A stretch of DNA of 20,000 nt from an uncultured virus (IMG/VR IMGVR_UViG_3300028577_000007). Lineage: Duplodnaviria; Heunggongvirae; Uroviricota; Caudoviricetes. How positions within the stretch are numbered: the first letter of the stretch is position 1; each line of letters opens with the position of its first letter. A program made the position numbers and the translations under genes. Location of the stretch: the IMG/VR virus record IMGVR_UViG_3300028577_000007; one strand, written 5' to 3'. The notes beneath the pieces were generated by a model. That model did no database searches. It was not told where the DNA came from and saw only the letters and a program-made list of their open reading frames with translations. This document shows, piece by piece, positions 7,505-15,561 of this stretch.

Positions 7505-7831
7505 GTGACCGCACCCCGAAAAGAGCTCCTGATCTGGTGGACGAACAACGCCGAAGCGATCGCCATCGGCGACGAAGCTCCTGCAGCTCTTCCGGAGGAC
7601 GTGCGCGAGCAGTACCGCTTGCGGAGGGGCTGGTCGGGCGCCGGCGCCAAGCTCTGGGTGCCGAAGAAGTTCGGGGAGAGGCAGATTGCTGACTGGCCGG
7701 ACACATTCATCGCGCGCATGATTCGCAATGGAACATCCGCCGGGATTGTGTTCGCGAGCCCAGATCTGAAGCTGTTCAAGGGCGTCCCCGGTGTTCTGAC
7801 CGACTTCCAATTGCGCGTCGTGGTGATCTGA
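7505..7831 (+). CDS. hypothetical protein
   Basis: AAGGAGG RBS, GTG start. Confidence 0.7.
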   Translation: MTAPRKELLIWWTNNAEAIAIGDEAPAALPEDVREQYRLRRGWSGAGAKLWVPKKFGERQIADWPDTFIARMIRNGTSAGIVFASPDLKLFKGVPGVLTDFQLRVVVI

Positions 7832-8185
7832 ATGCCCACTCCTGATAACCTTCGACAAATCGCTCACCTCTTGGATCTGCTCGTCACCGTCGACCCCATG
7901 CACGTCAGGGTCGAGCTGCGCGGCGCGCGATCCATGTCCCCTACCCAGACTCGAGCACTCGCGATCGAGCTGCTCTACGCGGCCGACGAAGCCGAGGGCG
8001 AAGAGAGCCTCGGCTCCTTCGGCTACACGGCAGAGGACTCGTACAAGCTCGGGGAGCTCTACATGACCATCGACGAAGAACTCGGCTGGGAGGATGACGA
8101 GCAAGAGCTCGACAGTGACTACCGAGCGAGGATCAAGCAGGTGGGAGCGTTACTGAAACGTCGACTCAGGCTGGTGAAATCATGA
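7832..8185 (+). CDS. hypothetical protein
   Basis: abuts the upstream stop. Confidence 0.7.
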   Translation: MPTPDNLRQIAHLLDLLVTVDPMHVRVELRGARSMSPTQTRALAIELLYAADEAEGEESLGSFGYTAEDSYKLGELYMTIDEELGWEDDEQELDSDYRARIKQVGALLKRRLRLVKS

Positions 8186-8448
8186 CCGCGCGGCAGCTGA
8201 CCCCGGTTCCTACTCCCCATCAAGCAGTCCAGGTGCTCGAGATCTTGCAGCGCTGGACGAAGCGCGGCTGGTGGTACGACTCGTATATGACCCGCCACCA
8301 AGGCGTCGAGACGTACTACGTTCACTTCAGCGACCCAGACCCCGACGCGCCGGAACATTTAGAGACCAAAGGCGTGAACCACTTCGACGCCCTCTGCCAG
8401 GCCACGGCCGCGATGCAGATCTTGCTCGAAGAGCGTCCCGAGACCTAA
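8182..8448 (+). CDS. hypothetical protein
   Basis: ATGA overlap. Confidence 0.7.
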   Translation: MTARQLTPVPTPHQAVQVLEILQRWTKRGWWYDSYMTRHQGVETYYVHFSDPDPDAPEHLETKGVNHFDALCQATAAMQILLEERPET

Positions 8449-8703
8449 ATGGCCTTCGTTACCTCCTACGAACGCCGCACCCCGGGCGGACTCCGCACTC
8501 GCGTCCTCTGCTGCTACGACGGGCGCCAAGCGCGACCCGATGATCCGGTACTGAGCCACACCGTACACTTCTGCCAAGACCCAAGCGGGCGGCTAGCCCA
8601 CGTGGAAGAGCTCTGGAAAGAGCAGGGCTGGGGCAAGCGCGGAAAAGATCTTCCGATCTGCCCCGGGCACCGGCAACCAACCGACACCGACTGGACCGAC
8701 TAA
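8449..8703 (+). CDS. small GW...CPxH metal-binding-like protein
   Basis: abuts upstream stop; C-terminal LPICPGHRQPTDTDW. Confidence 0.65.
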   Translation: MAFVTSYERRTPGGLRTRVLCCYDGRQARPDDPVLSHTVHFCQDPSGRLAHVEELWKEQGWGKRGKDLPICPGHRQPTDTDWTD

Positions 8704-8945
8704 CGATGGCTATCTGGTTAGAGGAGCTGAATTCGGGCGGCCGGGTCGTGGGATGTCACCACGGTAATGAGTCGATGCTGAAACCAACGGACAACGGAAA
8801 GCTCGGCGTCGACAGATACCAGATCTACCCGACTCATACCCTCGAAGTGCCTCGCGACGCCGACCTAGTCGGATGGGCTCGTCGAGGCGGCCGGCTCCCC
8901 ATCTGCCCCGGGCACAGGCAACCAACCGACACCGACTGGGCCGAC
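8656..8945 (+). repeat. 45-bp direct repeat (8656-8700 / 8901-8945, 43/45 identical)
   Basis: ATCTGCCCCGGGCAC[C/A]GGCAACCAACCGACACCGACTGG[A/G]CCGAC. Confidence 0.95.
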
Positions 8946-8951
8946 CCATGA
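8706..8951 (+). CDS. small GW...CPxH protein sharing its C-terminus with the upstream gene
   Basis: LPICPGHRQPTDTDW tail; ATGA overlap with the next gene. Confidence 0.65.
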   Translation: MAIWLEELNSGGRVVGCHHGNESMLKPTDNGKLGVDRYQIYPTHTLEVPRDADLVGWARRGGRLPICPGHRQPTDTDWADP

Positions 8952-9343
8952 CCCTCATTTACACCCCGCGCCACGTCGATCAGCTCATCAATGAGATCGC
9001 AAACGATTGGGCCCAGACCAACGACCCCGACATGCACCGCGTAGCGGACGCTTTCCCGCTCGAAGTGCTCGAGAAGGCCTACCTGAAGAAGCTCGACGCC
9101 TTGGCTCCATTGCCAGAGTCCTCCTCAGGGCGCGCTGAGACGCCGGCCCAAAAGATCCATGTCATGCGGAGGCTGTGCCGCGCATGGTTCCGTGAGCCCC
9201 AGCTCCGCATCGGGCAATTCATCGCCACGGCGCTGCTTCACGGTAACCCCCGGTCTGCCGATGATGCCATGCGGCGTCTCTTCTATCAAGACGACAGCGC
9301 GATCGCCGATCTCGTGGAAAAGCGGTATTCTCACCCGAAGTGA
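8948..9343 (+). CDS. hypothetical protein with YihD/DUF1040-like C-terminal motif
   Basis: AWFREPQLRIGQFI...LFYQDD motif. Confidence 0.6.
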   Translation: MTLIYTPRHVDQLINEIANDWAQTNDPDMHRVADAFPLEVLEKAYLKKLDALAPLPESSSGRAETPAQKIHVMRRLCRAWFREPQLRIGQFIATALLHGNPRSADDAMRRLFYQDDSAIADLVEKRYSHPK

Positions 9344-10353
9344 CATCCGGCATCACGCGCCCCGATCCGCTGCACTTGTCACCCGGCCAGCGCCTGGAGG
9401 CAGAGCGGCTCTACGCTCGCGCGTTGGAGTTCGAGAGGGAGGGCACGCCGCTCAACACCAAGCGCGCCTACGAGGGCGACTGGAAGCGCTTCAGCGCTTG
9501 GTGCTCGGACTGGGGGCACCGCGCGCTCCCAGCCTCCCCGCAAGTCGTGATCTTGTACGTGACCTATCTCGCCGATCCCGAGCGCCCAGGCGGCTCTCAG
9601 AAGCCCGCCACCATCGATCGGGCCATGGCCGCGCTCTCGCATTACCATCGCGTGCGGGGCTACGTGTCACCGCGGCAATCAGTGCACGTGCAGACCCACG
9701 TCCGGAAGGTCAAGAACGCCCTGAAGCTCGCCCCCGAGCAGGCCCCGCCGCTCCTCGTGCGGCATCTCGAGAAGATCGTGGCGCGCATGCCGGCGACGGA
9801 GCCCGTGGCGATGCGGGACAAGGCGCTCCTCCTCATTGGCTGGTCGGGAGCGCTTCGGCGGAGCGAAATCGCGGCGCTCGATCGCTCGCACGCGGTCTTC
9901 ACGCCGGAGGGCATCCAGCTCACGATCGCCTCCTCGAAAACCGACCAAGAGGGCCAAGGCGAGCTCATCCCCATCGAGCCCGCCACGAACCCCGATCTCT
10001 GTCCGGTCGCAGCCCTGCGCGCCTGGCTCGAGGCGGGGCTCCCTCACCCGGACTCGGGACTGCTCTTTCCGCGCACGTACTTCGGCGGCCTCGTCTCCGA
10101 GCGCATGCCGGACCGGGAGATCAATGACGTGGTGAAGATCTGGACGCGAAAGGCGGGCGTGCTCCCGGACCAGCCAGGCGTGGAGTTTAGCGGGCACTCG
10201 CTCCGGGCAGGCTTCATCACGGAGGCCGCTCGCGCGGGCCGCGCCGAGTGGCAGATCATGGGGCATTCCCGGCACAGGAGCTACGAGGCCTTCCGCGGCT
10301 ACATCCGCCGTGCGAATCTCTTTCAGGATAACCCTGGGCGCGGGTTACTCTGA
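9340..10353 (+). CDS. Tyrosine recombinase, Cre-like
   Basis: NTKRAY...F..WC N-domain; RDKALLL, LRRSE (R), SSKTDQ (K), HSLRAG (H-x-x-R), RH, GYIR (Y). Confidence 0.95.
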   Translation: MTSGITRPDPLHLSPGQRLEAERLYARALEFEREGTPLNTKRAYEGDWKRFSAWCSDWGHRALPASPQVVILYVTYLADPERPGGSQKPATIDRAMAALSHYHRVRGYVSPRQSVHVQTHVRKVKNALKLAPEQAPPLLVRHLEKIVARMPATEPVAMRDKALLLIGWSGALRRSEIAALDRSHAVFTPEGIQLTIASSKTDQEGQGELIPIEPATNPDLCPVAALRAWLEAGLPHPDSGLLFPRTYFGGLVSERMPDREINDVVKIWTRKAGVLPDQPGVEFSGHSLRAGFITEAARAGRAEWQIMGHSRHRSYEAFRGYIRRANLFQDNPGRGLL

Positions 10354-10381
10354 CCCGCGCGCACCCACCAAAGGACCCCTC

Positions 10382-10702
10382 ATGAACCCCTTCGACTCTA
10401 TCAACATCAACTTTTCCAACATGCTCGGGAAACCCCTCCGTCACTGCTTCGTCCCCGCCGATCAGGCGAGCGTGACGTTCGTGTTCGAGGATGGAATGCG
10501 GCGCTCCTTCGGCGCCATGAACGCCGGCGGCACGCGCATCACGCCCGTCGCGCTCACCTCGGGCAAGCCCACCGAAGGCGTCACCTTCACGCGCGTCGAC
10601 TACCCGCTCGACACGGCCGACGGCATGCTCCTCGTCACGACGGAGAGCTCGGTGCGGGTGATGTTCCCCGTAGGAGGCTTTCTCACCGAACTACCCGAGT
10701 GA
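10382..10702 (+). CDS. hypothetical protein
   Basis: AAGGA RBS. Confidence 0.7.
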   Translation: MNPFDSININFSNMLGKPLRHCFVPADQASVTFVFEDGMRRSFGAMNAGGTRITPVALTSGKPTEGVTFTRVDYPLDTADGMLLVTTESSVRVMFPVGGFLTELPE

Positions 10703-11046
10703 CCCGTCGCATCGTCGCGAAAGAAAAGTTCCCGTGGCGCGGCTGGGAATTCCGCCAGTCGCTGTCGACCTCCCGCGAGGTGCACTGGCGGATGAAGCAC
10801 GGCAAGATCGAAGTGCGGCTCGTCTATCGGGACATCCAAGATCCGGACGCGCCGCCCGAGTGGACCGCGCTCATTCACATGCACGGGCTCGTCGATGGCG
10901 TCGGCAAGCACACGGCGGGAGCCGGGTGCTCGGAGGCGAGCTTCGAAGAGGCCCTCCTCGAAGCCGAGCGGGACTTCGAGCAGAAGCTCGTGGCGGCGGT
11001 TCGGTTGCTCGGTGAGCTTCGCCGAGGAAAACCGCGCGATCCGTGA
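10699..11046 (+). CDS. hypothetical protein
   Basis: GTGA overlap. Confidence 0.7.
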   Translation: MTRRIVAKEKFPWRGWEFRQSLSTSREVHWRMKHGKIEVRLVYRDIQDPDAPPEWTALIHMHGLVDGVGKHTAGAGCSEASFEEALLEAERDFEQKLVAAVRLLGELRRGKPRDP

Positions 11047-11050
11047 TCGC

Positions 11051-11080
11051 TTGACAGCTTCGTGCTGTCTCGTATAGCGT
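11051..11080 (+). promoter_or_regulatory. Sigma70 promoter with overlapping palindrome, heading the operon that ends in the Cas12m-like gene
   Basis: TTGACA(11051-56)-N18-TAGCGT(11075-80); inverted repeat GACAGC-TTCGT-GCTGTC (11053-11069). Confidence 0.6.
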
Positions 11081-11089
11081 GAGCGGGTC

Positions 11090-11350
11090 ATGTCGGACGC
11101 GCCTGAGATTCGCTCATTCATCTGCTTTGCGCGTCATCGGGATGAAAGCCGGAGACCGCGCTGGTCTCTCGTCTCGGCTTGGACCGCGGCCGACGCCATC
11201 GCCCAGAGCGAGCTCTACCTGCGCCGGCTGCCATGCAGCTGCGGTTCACGCTGCACGCACCTGCACCAAGAGTTGATCCTCACCCGAGTCGAGCCATTCG
11301 ATCGCGAGACTCACGAGTATTTGTTCCTGCACCAGGAAGATCGCTGGTAG
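11090..11350 (+). CDS. hypothetical protein (CxCxxxCxH)
   Basis: follows the promoter; CSCGSRCTH. Confidence 0.6.
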   Translation: MSDAPEIRSFICFARHRDESRRPRWSLVSAWTAADAIAQSELYLRRLPCSCGSRCTHLHQELILTRVEPFDRETHEYLFLHQEDRW

Positions 11351-11372
11351 CCCCTCCGTAGGACCACCCAAG

Positions 11373-11570
11373 ATGTCATTCCCACTCGCCTATCTCTTGC
11401 CGGCCGCCTATCTGCTCGTGGGCGGCATGCTGATGCTCGGTACGCAAACCATCGTGGGCAGGATCTTGACCCGCACGGAGATCGTGCGAGGCGTGTTGCT
11501 CTGGCCCGTCTTCCTGCTCCTCGCCATCGAACACTTCCTCCTCGAGCTGATCGGCCGGTACCGTGACTGA
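11373..11570 (+). CDS. small membrane protein (2 TM)
   Basis: two hydrophobic segments, LLWPVF motif. Confidence 0.7.
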   Translation: MSFPLAYLLPAAYLLVGGMLMLGTQTIVGRILTRTEIVRGVLLWPVFLLLAIEHFLLELIGRYRD

Positions 11571-11847
11571 TCCGGTCATCCTGAGCGATCTCACGCGCGC
11601 GCTCCGAGATCTCGAGCTCGTGAGGCCCTACTCGTCGAGCCCGACCGCCCGCACGTGGCGGGGGGCCATCGTCAACCTCCGCGGCATCGAAGCCGTGCTC
11701 ATCGCGATCGACGCCTTCAGGCCAGGGCTCCTCCGGGCTCTCGAGGCCTCCGCGATCGACGAGATGCTCGTGGTGCACGACGAGCCGATCCCGGAGGTGA
11801 CGGCGCTCATCCGGCGCTACGCGCGCCGACTGGAGCCACTCCGGTGA
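11563..11847 (+). CDS. hypothetical protein
   Basis: overlapping GTG start; GC3 bias. Confidence 0.65.
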   Translation: MTDPVILSDLTRALRDLELVRPYSSSPTARTWRGAIVNLRGIEAVLIAIDAFRPGLLRALEASAIDEMLVVHDEPIPEVTALIRRYARRLEPLR

Positions 11848-11885
11848 GCGATTTACTCACGGTGACACGGGCGAAGACCCTCTGC
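11760..11885 (+). repeat. Copy 1 of a ~125-bp inverted duplication (partner 17722-17844)
   Basis: Aligns to the reverse complement of 17722-17844 with one 3-nt indel and 3-4 substitutions. Confidence 0.95.
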
Positions 11886-12092
11886 GCCGAGGCGCTCGAG
11901 AAGCGCTTCGGCTGGCTCCGGCGCGAGCTCGCCCTCAAGGGCGGCAACCTGAACGAGCTGCCCGCGACGCACCAGCTGCTCTGGTTTGGGCGGCAGAAGG
12001 CTATCGGTCGCTACAACCGCATCGGTGAGCAGCGGGACCCGGGGAAACGTGAGCGCGCTTACCTCAAGCTCGCGCGAGAGCTTCAGCGATGA
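11844..12092 (+). CDS. hypothetical protein
   Basis: GTGA overlap, GGAG RBS. Confidence 0.65.
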   Translation: MSDLLTVTRAKTLCAEALEKRFGWLRRELALKGGNLNELPATHQLLWFGRQKAIGRYNRIGEQRDPGKRERAYLKLARELQR

Positions 12093-12343
12093 AGCCTCCC
12101 GCGATGAAGCTCCTGAACTGCACGCGCTGCGACGACGTGGTGAAGCTCGTCGAGAAGCTCCGGTACTGCGAGTGCACGCTCTCGAGCGGACGGACGGAGT
12201 TCTCGGGGGCAGAGGTGACGATCGCGGGTCCGGCCCGCGTGCTCACGATCGATTGGGAAGTGTACGACGGGATCGCCGAGGGGACCGAGCGACCGTTTGG
12301 TGTTCTGCCGCGATCCCAGTACCGGGTGAAAGGCAGCTTATGA
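12089..12343 (+). CDS. Zn-ribbon-like small protein
   Basis: MKLLNCTRCDDVVKL...YCEC. Confidence 0.7.
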   Translation: MKPPAMKLLNCTRCDDVVKLVEKLRYCECTLSSGRTEFSGAEVTIAGPARVLTIDWEVYDGIAEGTERPFGVLPRSQYRVKGSL

Positions 12344-12585
12344 AAGGTCGAAATGTATTCGCCGAAGAGATCACGTTCGTCCTGGTCGATCGTCAGACCG
12401 GCGAGCGTCGTGTCGCAACGCGCGATGACATCAAAAAGATCCTCGCTGAGCTAGGGCTCGAGATCGTTCCAATCGGAACAGTGAACTGGGGAAGGCATCC
12501 GGACGCTGACCTTATGGAACGAAGAATCGCTGACCTGACCGAAAAAATCGCTGCATTGACCAAGAAAGATCCAGTTGCACCATGA
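12340..12585 (+). CDS. hypothetical protein
   Basis: ATGA overlaps on both sides; AAAGG RBS. Confidence 0.65.
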   Translation: MKGRNVFAEEITFVLVDRQTGERRVATRDDIKKILAELGLEIVPIGTVNWGRHPDADLMERRIADLTEKIAALTKKDPVAP

Positions 12586-14144
12586 TGGTCTACCGCTACG
12601 GCGCCTTGAAGCCTCGCGTGCTCGATAACGACGGAGCCGAGCTCCCCTTCGAGACGCTGCTCGACTACCAACGTCTCTCGAACCGCTTCTACAATGCCCT
12701 CGTCGAGATCGAGCGCTGGCGCATTGCGGCTGAGTTCGTGACCGAGATACTCAACGGAGATCGGCTCACCGAAGACCAGAAGAACGAGCACCGGCTCGCT
12801 TACAACGCGGACTGCTCTGTCGCGGGTCAAGAGACGACGATCGGCTGGGGCCAGAAACAGGCCGTGACCGAGATGGTTGCGGCCGCGGTGAAGACCCGTC
12901 GCAAAGACGAAGCCAAGGCGCGCCGGAAGGCTGACCTGAAAGACTGGCACTGGCTGAAGCGCGTGCTCGCCATCCCGCGGCCCCGCTACCGGCGCTTCGA
13001 CGGCGAGGGCCCTATTGCGGCAACCGTCCAGGGGTGCAGCAAGCTCACGGTGAAGTCCGTGCTCTCACCGAGCCCCAAGCCCACCAAGCGGAAGAAGCCC
13101 CTGGCGACCCATGTTGCCCTCCGCGTCGTGGAGACCAAGCATCGCAACTCCCACGCGATCGTCACGCTCCGCCTGTGCGACACGCTCAGTCTCGAAGTGC
13201 CGATCGTCTACGCCCCTGAGCGCGCAGAGTATCGCAATTCCGACGTGCGCCCGCTCCCGAAGGAGTCCATCGGCCCGAGCGGCGCCCCGTACGATGTCCG
13301 CGTCATCTTCGCTCGCTTGCTCGTCGATCGCATTGGGGATCGCTGGGTGTACTCCGTGCACTTCACGATCGATGCCGTGCACGCGAAGAAACCGACGGGC
13401 ATCGGGAAGTGCGCCGTCAACTTCGGCTGGCGGCGCGTGCCGGGAGGCGTCCGGGTCGCCTACGCCGTGGGCGAGGACGGCCGCGAGCAGTCCCTCGTGC
13501 TGCCCGATAAGCTCTTCGCTCGCATGGAGCACGCGGAATCCCTTCGCGGGCTCGCTGACGAGATCGCCGACGCTTACCTCGGCGACGGCGGGCGGCGCGC
13601 GAAGTCGCGCAAGGTGGCGCTCTCGTCGCCTCACGCCAATCACCCCGAGCTCGGCAAGATCCGCTTCACTCTCGAGCAGGCCAAGCTCGGGAGCGCCAAG
13701 GACGCCGAGCAGTGGGCGCGGCGCGACCGGCACCTCTATCAATGGGAGCGAGACGAGTACACGAAAGCGCTTCGCTCGCGGCGCGAGATCTATCGTCTCT
13801 GGGCGCGCGAGCTCCTCACCCAGTACGACTCCGTCGTCATCGAGACCTTCGACATTCGGCAGGTCATCGAGCGCGGGAAGTACGAAATGAACATCCCGCA
13901 GGCGCGGCACTATCGCTTCCTCGTGGGCCCGCACTACTTGAGGCTCGACATCGAAGATGTGTTCGGGGAGCAGTGCAAGGTGCTACCGCCGGCGAAGCAC
14001 ACCCAGACTTGCCACGTGTGCGGCACCAAGTGCACATGGGATCGCGCCCGCGAGCTCATGCACGACTGCAAGAAGTGCGGAGCGTCTTGGGATCAGGACG
14101 CCAACAACGCCCGGAACCAGCTCGCGGCGGCTGCAGCCGAGTAA
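12582..14144 (+). CDS. TnpB/Cas12m (type V-U1)-like RNA-guided protein, RuvC-I D->N (probably nuclease-dead)
   Basis: VYRYG...RFYNALVEIER, GWG, PRYRRFDGEG; RuvC-I AVNFGWR (N280), RuvC-II VVIETFD (E421), Zn finger TQTCHVCG...CKKCG, RuvC-III WDQDANNARN (D506). Confidence 0.85.
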   Translation: MMVYRYGALKPRVLDNDGAELPFETLLDYQRLSNRFYNALVEIERWRIAAEFVTEILNGDRLTEDQKNEHRLAYNADCSVAGQETTIGWGQKQAVTEMVAAAVKTRRKDEAKARRKADLKDWHWLKRVLAIPRPRYRRFDGEGPIAATVQGCSKLTVKSVLSPSPKPTKRKKPLATHVALRVVETKHRNSHAIVTLRLCDTLSLEVPIVYAPERAEYRNSDVRPLPKESIGPSGAPYDVRVIFARLLVDRIGDRWVYSVHFTIDAVHAKKPTGIGKCAVNFGWRRVPGGVRVAYAVGEDGREQSLVLPDKLFARMEHAESLRGLADEIADAYLGDGGRRAKSRKVALSSPHANHPELGKIRFTLEQAKLGSAKDAEQWARRDRHLYQWERDEYTKALRSRREIYRLWARELLTQYDSVVIETFDIRQVIERGKYEMNIPQARHYRFLVGPHYLRLDIEDVFGEQCKVLPPAKHTQTCHVCGTKCTWDRARELMHDCKKCGASWDQDANNARNQLAAAAAE

Positions 14145-14150
14145 GCGAGC

Positions 14151-15140
14151 TCAGTCCGAGTCGGGACCGTACTGCTCTTCGTAGGCCTCTTTCGAGGCCT
14201 CGAACGCTGCGTCGTACAGTGATCCGTCGGCGCCACCGGAAGGTCGGCGCCCCGGATCGATCTCGTCGAGCGTCCACTCCCAGCTCGGGATGTACCCCGA
14301 CTCGGTGTACGTGTGATCGGGGTACATGGCGTCCATGACATCGTCGTCGTCGGCGTCCGGGTTTTCTTCACGGTAGTCCTCCTCCATCTCCCTGAGCGAA
14401 TCTTCGTCGGTGAAGATCCCGGGCGCGAACTCCTTGAGCCACCCAGCGGCTTCCTCCAGTGAGTCCTCGGCGGAGCTCGCCCAGACGAGCAGCTTCGTCC
14501 AGCCGTACGCCCCGAACTGCAGCGCAAAGAGTCTCTCTCGGGCGTACTTGCTCCGCGGGTACTCGAGAGGGTTTACGAGAATGAATCCTGGCTCACTCGA
14601 GCCCTCTTCCTCGATGACCAGAAACTCTTCGTCCGTCTCGCGACCGTGCTTGTCGCCGCGGCGGGCGCGATGGGGGTTCTTGGCGAGGCGAGCTTCGCGC
14701 TTTGCGTTTTGCTGGTTCACCCAATCATCCGCTTCCCACTTGGTCTTCCAAGGTTGCCGACCGATACCAACGGTGCCGGTGTCTTCGTTGCGCACTGTCC
14801 ACCCTACCGTGTCCAGACGCCATTGGTGCTGCTCTCGCTCAGATCCCCAGGGAGCGGCTCCATACGGGCTTGCGGTGCGTCCATTCGGACCGCGCCATAC
14901 CTTGCTCTCGATGACAGTATACCTGTGACTGCCATTCACGACGAGGTCTCGGGAGCTGCCCTTCCACGTGCCGCGCTTCTCCGGCTCGAACGGCTTCTCC
15001 GTCGCACGGTGCTCGCTCGCGATGCGCCTCACGCGCTCGAGCGCGCTCTCGCGCGGGGCCCCTGATGGCGAGTGCACGCGGTGCCGGAGGGGAGGAGGGG
15101 CAACCGGGAGGCGGTTCTGGCGGAGGCGGCGGAGCGGCAT
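14151..15140 (-). CDS. modular hypothetical protein (basic N-terminus, acidic C-domain)
   Basis: Long ORF; start at ATG 15140 or 15188; GC3 bias in the C-terminal half. Confidence 0.7.
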   Translation of the reverse strand: MPLRRLRQNRLPVAPPPLRHRVHSPSGAPRESALERVRRIASEHRATEKPFEPEKRGTWKGSSRDLVVNGSHRYTVIESKVWRGPNGRTASPYGAAPWGSEREQHQWRLDTVGWTVRNEDTGTVGIGRQPWKTKWEADDWVNQQNAKREARLAKNPHRARRGDKHGRETDEEFLVIEEEGSSEPGFILVNPLEYPRSKYARERLFALQFGAYGWTKLLVWASSAEDSLEEAAGWLKEFAPGIFTDEDSLREMEEDYREENPDADDDDVMDAMYPDHTYTESGYIPSWEWTLDEIDPGRRPSGGADGSLYDAAFEASKEAYEEQYGPDSD

Positions 15141-15191
15141 CCCGGGGAGAGTATCGGGCGAGCGGGGACGAGCGCAACTTTTTCGCATTTT

Positions 15192-15224
15192 GATCTGGAC
15201 ACGGGAACGTGTGTTCAGTATTTA
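15192..15224 (+). promoter_or_regulatory. higBA promoter with LexA-like box
   Basis: TGGACA(15196-201) then GGGAACGTGTGTTCAG (15203-218; GAAC-N4-GTTC core); same layout as 530-563. Confidence 0.5.
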
Positions 15225-15248
15225 CTTGCCTCTATCCCGGGAGGGGGC

Positions 15249-15557
15249 ATGATCAAATCGCACGGAGATCAGGGAACACAAGACCTTCACAACCGTAAAG
15301 ACACGAAGGCGGCAAGGCGATGCCTGCACCCGAAATTCTGGAAAAGGGCCTACCGTGCCCTGGATGAGCTTCACTCGGTCGCGAGTCTGAGTCAGCTTCG
15401 TGCTCTTCGGCAACTGCGCTTGCATAAACTGCGGGGTAATCTCAAGGGCTGGTACGCGATCGACTTCGGCTATCAAGAGCGCATCGTGTTCCGGTACGAC
15501 GAGGCCTCAAACTCCGCCACTGACGTATTCGTTAGCAATGACCACTATGGAGACTGA
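15249..15557 (+). CDS. higB: HigB (RelE superfamily) toxin
   Basis: GGAGG RBS; MIKS, RLHKLRGNLKGWYAI...RIVFRY, terminal DHY. Confidence 0.85.
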   Translation: MIKSHGDQGTQDLHNRKDTKAARRCLHPKFWKRAYRALDELHSVASLSQLRALRQLRLHKLRGNLKGWYAIDFGYQERIVFRYDEASNSATDVFVSNDHYGD

Positions 15558-15561
15558 TCCA

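Noticed and set aside
2362..11364. Shared CCGTAGGAC upstream of genes 2376 and 11373
   Set aside because: A 9-mer largely explained by the AGGA Shine-Dalgarno; too few copies to call a motif.
1322..13934. Long antisense or alternative-frame ORFs (1322..2260-, 5564..6706-, 9159..10127+, 13065..13934- etc.)
   Set aside because: Shadow ORFs typical of high-GC DNA that overlap better-supported genes.
12582..14144. Active IS200/IS605 or IS607 element
   Set aside because: No Y1 or serine transposase, no room for a left end (start overlaps the upstream gene), and RuvC-I is altered.
14154..14167. Resemblance of CCGAGTCGG to the SpCas9 tracrRNA 3' hairpin
   Set aside because: Only 9 nt, from an unrelated system; chance is likely.
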